NCBI RefSeq assembly: GCF_000025945.1 | Contig: NC_006138.1 | Location: 450,001 to 482,000 of the forward strand | Reading direction: 5' to 3' | Origin: Desulfotalea psychrophila LSv54 | GTDB taxonomy: Bacteria > Desulfobacterota > Desulfobulbia > Desulfobulbales > Desulfocapsaceae | DNA: 32,000 bases | Shown here: positions 26,877-32,000 of the stretch, piece after piece | Layout: every line of letters starts with the position of its first letter | How positions within the stretch are numbered: position 1 is the first letter of the stretch | Translations under genes and position numbers: made by a program | Notes under the pieces: generated by a model | The model's database searches: none | What the model saw: only the letters and a program-made list of their open reading frames with translations | Told to the model about the DNA's origin: nothing

Positions 26877-27339
26877 ATTTTCTCCCTATATTCGCTATAA
26901 TCGGCACAAAAACTGGACCGAACAATTGTATAAAAACCCTATTTTAAGCAGGCTGCGCCCTTTATAGCCAATAAGTTCCGGAGCCACAATAGGCAGATTT
27001 TTTTTTTAGCCTTTCCGGGCTCATCCACTAAAACAAAATAGCGGGAGGAAATATCCCCAGGGGGCAAAGAAGCCCCTCCCACAAAGCAAAACAATGCCTG
27101 AAGCGGGCAAAAACAGATACCTCTACGATATCGGCACATCCAGATAATTTGATTGCTATTGACCATCTGATGATTTAGAATAGCAGGTTCCGCAAAATAA
27201 CAATTACCCTATTTTTCAGACAATTTGATACTTCGAAAACAACTCTTTTCTTTGCGGAAAACTGTTTCACCCTGAAAAGAAAATCGATCCAAAAGACATA
27301 CAATTATCGAAGTAGAAAAAGATCTTGATGGTGAGAATA

Positions 27340-28731
27340 ATGAAGCCTCTTCGCATAGAAAAAATCGGTGGCACCACAATGTCACGATTTGGGGAAGTCC
27401 TCGACAACGTCATTTTTTATGATTCTGAAGATATTTTCAACAGAATCTATGTTGTCTCTGCCTATTCAGGCGTCACAAATGCCCTCCTTGAACACAAAAA
27501 AACTCACCAGCCCGGGATCTACCAGACCTTTGTCCAGAATGAAGCCTGCGACATGGCCATGGAACGCCTCAAGACAACTCTTTGCGAAATCAACAGAGGC
27601 TTTGCCGATATCGGCCTTGACCTCGAAGTTGCGAACAATTTCATCTGCAAACGTATCCAGGATGCCGTTGAAGTACTGCACAGCATGGCCAATGTCCTCT
27701 CCTCCGGCTATGTAAACCGTAGCGAGATGCTCCTGGCTGCCCGCGAACTCCTCGCCTCCATCGGCGAAATGCACAGCGCCTTCAACTCGGCGAACATACT
27801 GCAGAACCGGGGTTATAAGGCCTCATACGTTGATCTCAGCGGTTGGCAGGATAGTCGAGACATGACCATCGACCAACGGATTCTGGAAACATTTACCAAA
27901 TTTGATCCCTCCGACACCATCTGTATCGCCACCGGCTACGCCAAGGGCCGTGAAGGCATTATGCGAGAATTTGACCGAGGCTATTCCGAGGTCACCTTCT
28001 CAAAAATTGCCGTCCTGCTCAAGGCATCTGAGGCAATTATCCACAAAGAGTACCATCTCTGCTCCGGAGACCCTCTGATCATCGGTGAAGACAAGGTGCA
28101 CCCCATCTGCAACACCAACTATGACGTTGCCGATCAACTCGCCGATGTGGGCATGGAGGCAATTCATCCAAAGGCCTCAAAACAAATTGAAATCGCAGGC
28201 ATTTCAATTAGGATCAAGAACTCCTTTGACCCAAGCCATAGCGGCACCCTGTTCACCAAAGAGTATATCTGCCCACAATCTAAGACCGAAGTTATTACCG
28301 GTTCAGACAAGGTTACCTGCCTCGAAGTCCATGACACCCGTATGGTTGGCGAGGTCGGTTTTGATATGAAAATCATGGAAGTTCTCTCCGCCCATCAGGT
28401 ATCCTATATAAACAAGGCGACCAATGCCAACACCATTGGGGTCATCGTCTACGATAACGACTGCACAGAGGAGCTGTTACGGGATCTGCGGGCTGAATTT
28501 GAATTAGTCACCGACATGCACACGGCCATTGTCTGTGCCATCGGCTCTAATATTGCCAAACCCGGAATCCTGGCTAAAGCAACCAACGCCTTGGCCACCT
28601 CGCACATTAATATACTGGCCGTCTCCCAAACTTCACGCCAGACAAATATGCAGTTCATTATCAATCGTGAACACTTCAAAGAGGCCCAGCGCGTACTACA
28701 TGCGGCCCTCTGCGAAGAGGGCGAATCCTAA
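27340..28731 (+). CDS. Aspartate kinase, divergent long form with C-terminal ACT domains
   Basis: The N-terminus is IEKIGGTTMS and the protein has the amino-acid-kinase fold. The canonical LGRGGSD block reads FDRGYSE here, and the D-x-x-G-x-x-T-x-DPR block reads KEYHLCSGDPLI. The C-terminal part is ACT-like (TCLEVHDTRMVGEVGF..., AIVCAIGSNI...). The start could be 27325, 27328 or 27340. Confidence 0.8.
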   Translation: MKPLRIEKIGGTTMSRFGEVLDNVIFYDSEDIFNRIYVVSAYSGVTNALLEHKKTHQPGIYQTFVQNEACDMAMERLKTTLCEINRGFADIGLDLEVANNFICKRIQDAVEVLHSMANVLSSGYVNRSEMLLAARELLASIGEMHSAFNSANILQNRGYKASYVDLSGWQDSRDMTIDQRILETFTKFDPSDTICIATGYAKGREGIMREFDRGYSEVTFSKIAVLLKASEAIIHKEYHLCSGDPLIIGEDKVHPICNTNYDVADQLADVGMEAIHPKASKQIEIAGISIRIKNSFDPSHSGTLFTKEYICPQSKTEVITGSDKVTCLEVHDTRMVGEVGFDMKIMEVLSAHQVSYINKATNANTIGVIVYDNDCTEELLRDLRAEFELVTDMHTAIVCAIGSNIAKPGILAKATNALATSHINILAVSQTSRQTNMQFIINREHFKEAQRVLHAALCEEGES

Positions 28732-28749
28732 AAACCAAGGAGGTACACA

Positions 28750-29457
28750 ATGCAATATTCCATCACCCCGCTACTCACCGGTGTCCGTAATCCTGATCAG
28801 GGAATCATGACCTACCAACAGGGCTACGGGACACGAATCTGGCTACCGGTATGGTCTTTTCTCCTCCAGAACGAGGAGCATAATATACTGGTAGATACAG
28901 GCCTTGATGAGAATGAGCTCTTTGTACCGCCACAGTTCACCGCCGACACTGGCCTCGAAGCACACTCACTTATCGACTGTCTGGCCCTGGAAGGCCTGAC
29001 AGCAGCGGACATTGATACCATTATCAATACCCACCTGCACGATGACCACTGTGGCAACAACAGCCTCTTTCCCCATGCGCAGTTCTATGCCCACAAAACG
29101 GAAATAGCCTTCTGCCACAATCCCCACCCACTTGATCACCGCTACGACGACTACTTCATCGAAGATATCACCTTTAACGAGGTTACAGAGGACAGGGAGA
29201 TTGTACCCGGAGTGCGAGTAATCCACTCCCCCGGACATACCCTCGGTTGCCTCTCCGTTGAAGTGGACAGCCTGGCGGGTCCTGCCATCATCACCGGATT
29301 TTGCTGTAATAACAAAAATTTTCCGATAAATGGCCCTGCTGTCTGTCCCGGTGTCCACCTTGATGCCCGAGCGGCATGGGACTCTATTCAAAAAATAAAG
29401 GCCAGAAAGACACACATTCTGCCCATGCACGAAATCAGCCTGGAGAGAATCTCCTGA
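28750..29457 (+). CDS. MBL-fold metallo-hydrolase, lactonase-like subfamily
   Basis: 235 aa with the metal motif THLHDDHCGN (HxHxDH) and a later HSPGHT. The N-terminal layout (ITPLLTG...YGTRIWLPVWSFLLQNEEHNILVDTG) resembles the AHL-lactonase-type MBL group. A strong RBS, AAGGAGG, lies 19 nt after the aspartokinase stop. Confidence 0.75.
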   Translation: MQYSITPLLTGVRNPDQGIMTYQQGYGTRIWLPVWSFLLQNEEHNILVDTGLDENELFVPPQFTADTGLEAHSLIDCLALEGLTAADIDTIINTHLHDDHCGNNSLFPHAQFYAHKTEIAFCHNPHPLDHRYDDYFIEDITFNEVTEDREIVPGVRVIHSPGHTLGCLSVEVDSLAGPAIITGFCCNNKNFPINGPAVCPGVHLDARAAWDSIQKIKARKTHILPMHEISLERIS

Positions 29458-29458
29458 T

Positions 29459-30451
29459 ATGAACAGGCCCTACCTGCCGCCTCTGTGGCTACGCAATGGC
29501 CACATACAATCCATCTATGCCTCGCTGAGCAGGCCTCGTTATCGCTTAAATTACCAACGAGAACGAATTGACACACCTGACAATGACTTTCTTGACCTCG
29601 ACTGGTCTTTATGCGGAGAGAACAGAAGCAGAGATCTGATCATCCTCTCCCACGGCCTTGAGGGCCACACCAGACGCAACTATATAACAGGCATGGCGGG
29701 TTGCTTGAACAAGGCGGGAATAGACTCCCTCTCCTGGAACTACCGAGGCTGTAGTGGCGAGCCCAACAGACAACTGCGGATGTACCACAATGGCGTAATT
29801 GATGACCTCGACCTCGTTGTTCGTCATGGCATAGGGGCGGGATATAAAAACATCTTCCTTATTGGCTTTAGCCTCGGTGGCAATCTTACCCTCCTCTATC
29901 TGGGCAAGACGGGAAAGGGGTTAGCAAAAGAGATACGAGGGGCAGTGGCCTTCTCTGTCCCCTGCGATCTGGCCGGGGCAGCAGAAGAGATCAGTAAACC
30001 CAAAAACGCCATTTACATGAGGCGTTTCCTCAAAGACCTACACACAAAAGTTAAGGCCAAGCAAGACCTCTTCCCCACGAAGATCAACGACCACGGTTAT
30101 GGCAGAATAAAAAACTTCAAAGAATTTGATGACTGCTACACGGCCCCCATTCACGGTTTTAAAAATGCAGAGGATTATTGGCAGAAATGTAGCTGCCTGC
30201 CATGGCTAGACAAGATAAAGCTCCCCTGTATGATGGTCAACAGTCTCGACGACCCCTTCCTCAGCAAGAGCTGTTACCCTGTAGAGATAGCCCGTCAGAC
30301 AAAACAGCTCCACCTTATCAGGCCACGATACGGTGGCCATGTGGGTTTTGTCGCCCTGAACAGGGAAAAGGAGTACTGGTCTGAGGCAATCACCAAGAGT
30401 TTCATCCGCTCAACCCTCGATCAGCATCATCTGCCAGATCAGCCTGAATAA
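29459..30451 (+). CDS. YheT/ABHD1-3-type alpha/beta hydrolase
   Basis: The 330-aa protein is collinear with the E. coli YheT pattern: PLWLRNGHIQSIY, DFLDLDW, SHGLEG, RGCSGEPN, the nucleophile elbow GFSLGGN, FDD...HGF, DDPF and GGHVGF. It starts 1 nt after the MBL stop. Confidence 0.85.
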   Translation: MNRPYLPPLWLRNGHIQSIYASLSRPRYRLNYQRERIDTPDNDFLDLDWSLCGENRSRDLIILSHGLEGHTRRNYITGMAGCLNKAGIDSLSWNYRGCSGEPNRQLRMYHNGVIDDLDLVVRHGIGAGYKNIFLIGFSLGGNLTLLYLGKTGKGLAKEIRGAVAFSVPCDLAGAAEEISKPKNAIYMRRFLKDLHTKVKAKQDLFPTKINDHGYGRIKNFKEFDDCYTAPIHGFKNAEDYWQKCSCLPWLDKIKLPCMMVNSLDDPFLSKSCYPVEIARQTKQLHLIRPRYGGHVGFVALNREKEYWSEAITKSFIRSTLDQHHLPDQPE

Positions 30452-31628
30452 GCCCCCCGGGACGCAGAAGGGACAAGGCTGTCTGGGCAAGATAGGCCGC
30501 TCCTATGGGCAGGGCGTCCTCATCAAGGATCATATGGGGGCTATGGAGCGGAGCCGTCCCACTCTCCGGCGGCATTGTTCCCAACAGGGCCAAACAGGAG
30601 GGTACCTCTCCTGCGATAAAGGAGAAATCTTCTGCGCCCATACAGGGTTCTACCTCCAGCAGGGCCTCTTCACCAAGGATCTCCACCACAGCATCTCGGG
30701 CAAGCTGGACCACCATCTCACTGTTTTCGGTAAGCGGAATAGAGTCTAACAGACTAAAGGAGATAGAGGTCTGATACAGACCGGCCAAGGCATCGCATCT
30801 CTGCTCAACAAGAGCACGTACTCTACCCTGCAGGGCTGAATTAAGGGCACGAATTGTCCCCGTCAGCCGGACATTATCGGCAATGATATTGGCGGCCTTT
30901 CCCCCTTCAATGGTACAGATGCTGAGCACTGCCACCTCAAAGGGGCTAACCTGCCTTGAAACAACTGTCTGTAGGCCCAGGACCAGCTCCGAGGCAATAA
31001 GAATGGCATCGATACCTTCCTGGGGAGAGGCTCCCGCATGGGCAGCCCGGCCCCGGACGACGATTTCAAAAATATCTGATGCGGCCATCACTGCCCCGGA
31101 GTTGAGAGCAATGGTTCCACTGGTCAGAGTAGGGACCTGATGCAGGGCAAGAGCGGCATCAACACCGGCAAGAACCCCTTCCCCTATCATCCTCCTAGCC
31201 CCGGAAAAGCCATCCGGATCATCATAACAGCCCTCTTCTGCAGGCTGAAAGAGCAGGCGCACCCGCCCCGAAAATGATTCATTTCGAAGCAGGGAGGCAG
31301 CGCCAAGGACCATGGCCACATGGGCATCATGACCACAGGCATGCATACACCCCTCAATTTGAGAGGAAAATGACAGACCCGTCTCCTCTGCAATGGGCAG
31401 GGCATCCATATCGGCTCGAAGCAAAACCCTTGCTCCCCCGCCAGGACCAAATTCTGCCACAATCCCCGTACCACCAAGACCGGAACGAAATTCTATACCC
31501 AAATCCCTAAGCATTCCACCGATCAACTCTGCTGTTTTATGCTCCTGATAACCAAGCTCTGGATAACGGTGAATCTGCCTACGTACCCCTATAATAAAGT
31601 CCCTTATAGCCTCTGCCTTTTGTCGCAT
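30402..31628 (-). CDS. M20D-family amidohydrolase (N-acyl-amino-acid amidohydrolase/hippuricase-like)
   Basis: 408 aa. IRRQIHRYPELGYQEHKT, HACGHDAH and FQPAEEG. Its 3' end overlaps the convergent hydrolase gene by 50 nt. Confidence 0.85.
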   Translation of the reverse strand: MRQKAEAIRDFIIGVRRQIHRYPELGYQEHKTAELIGGMLRDLGIEFRSGLGGTGIVAEFGPGGGARVLLRADMDALPIAEETGLSFSSQIEGCMHACGHDAHVAMVLGAASLLRNESFSGRVRLLFQPAEEGCYDDPDGFSGARRMIGEGVLAGVDAALALHQVPTLTSGTIALNSGAVMAASDIFEIVVRGRAAHAGASPQEGIDAILIASELVLGLQTVVSRQVSPFEVAVLSICTIEGGKAANIIADNVRLTGTIRALNSALQGRVRALVEQRCDALAGLYQTSISFSLLDSIPLTENSEMVVQLARDAVVEILGEEALLEVEPCMGAEDFSFIAGEVPSCLALLGTMPPESGTAPLHSPHMILDEDALPIGAAYLAQTALSLLRPGGLIQADLADDADRGLSG

Positions 31629-31723
31629 CGCTCCCCCCTCTTACCTTTTAAGTGTAGGCCTTATACTAGCAAAAGAGAGAGAACAGAGCAAAAAATAGTC
31701 AACTTTTTGAGAGGAGAGGGCAA

Positions 31724-32000
31724 TCAGCCAACAATTTCGACATGGTTTATCTGCACATAGAGCTCACTGCCAAATTGCAATCCGACAGAGACCTTCTCGG
31801 CCACCTCGGAGTACAGAGATAGGTCTCCCACCTGCAGACAGATCAGACAGAGACCAGGCAAAGATGGACGCAACTCGACCACCCGGGCAGGAAAGGCATT
31901 AAGGACACTCCCCTCACCAGGCTTCTGAAAACAGAGAAGAACATCACGGGCCAACACCTGCAAACGCAGCTCTCGCCCCTCAGCCAGACCTTGGTGGGGC
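31724..32000 (-). CDS. modC: Molybdate ABC transporter ATP-binding protein, C-terminal TOBE domain only (5' part outside the window)
   Basis: The frame is open from the right window edge. ...LRLQVLARDVLLCFQKPGEGSVLNAFPARVVEL...LYVQINHVEIVG parallels the E. coli ModC C-terminus ([31 protein letters not shown]...LYAQIKSVSI). The track start at 31963 is only an internal TTG. Confidence 0.65.
   Translation of the reverse strand, partial: PHQGLAEGRELRLQVLARDVLLCFQKPGEGSVLNAFPARVVELRPSLPGLCLICLQVGDLSLYSEVAEKVSVGLQFGSELYVQINHVEIVG

Noticed and set aside
26939-27166. A 75-aa minus-strand ORF in the hpt/aspartokinase spacer
   Set aside because: It has no convincing RBS, an odd Cys/Phe-rich composition, and it spans the T10 tract and the G/C block. 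It is more likely non-coding regulatory DNA.
26877-27339. A lysine (L-box) or other known riboswitch upstream of the aspartokinase
   Set aside because: I could not find the conserved L-box, SAM or T-box core segments by eye. This needs an Infernal/Rfam scan. I report it only as an unexplained structured spacer.

Overview
The window has a core chromosome of about 50-60% GC and a lower-GC integrated element at its left end. It looks like a Desulfobacterota or delta-proteobacterial genome, but that is a low-confidence guess from gene order. Positions 1-5451 hold part of an integrative element next to tRNA-Leu(CAA). On the minus strand it reads int, then a very AT-rich orphan ORF, alpA, a small ORF and a primase/helicase. 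The primase/helicase ORF is absent from the supplied track because it runs off the window edge. The rest is mostly housekeeping. A long minus-strand block at 5.6-18.1 kb carries pgsA, a lytic transglycosylase, tal/fsa, a YHS protein, folK, dapB, dapA, dapF, an FN3-like lipoprotein, argH, argG, argF, argD and argB. A plus-strand block at 18.3-24.8 kb carries lptA, lptB and rpoN, followed by a TatT-associated TRAP transporter. After a repeat-rich convergent spacer come a PACE-type efflux protein, a DUF4136 lipoprotein and hpt. A 450-bp divergent spacer then leads into an operon of a divergent aspartokinase, a lactonase-like MBL hydrolase and a YheT-type hydrolase. An M20 amidohydrolase and the 3' part of modC close the window. 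I found no CRISPR array, rRNA or transposase. The best candidates for something new are the orphan cargo gene in the int-alpA slot and the aspartokinase-hydrolase operon. Both are hypotheses only.
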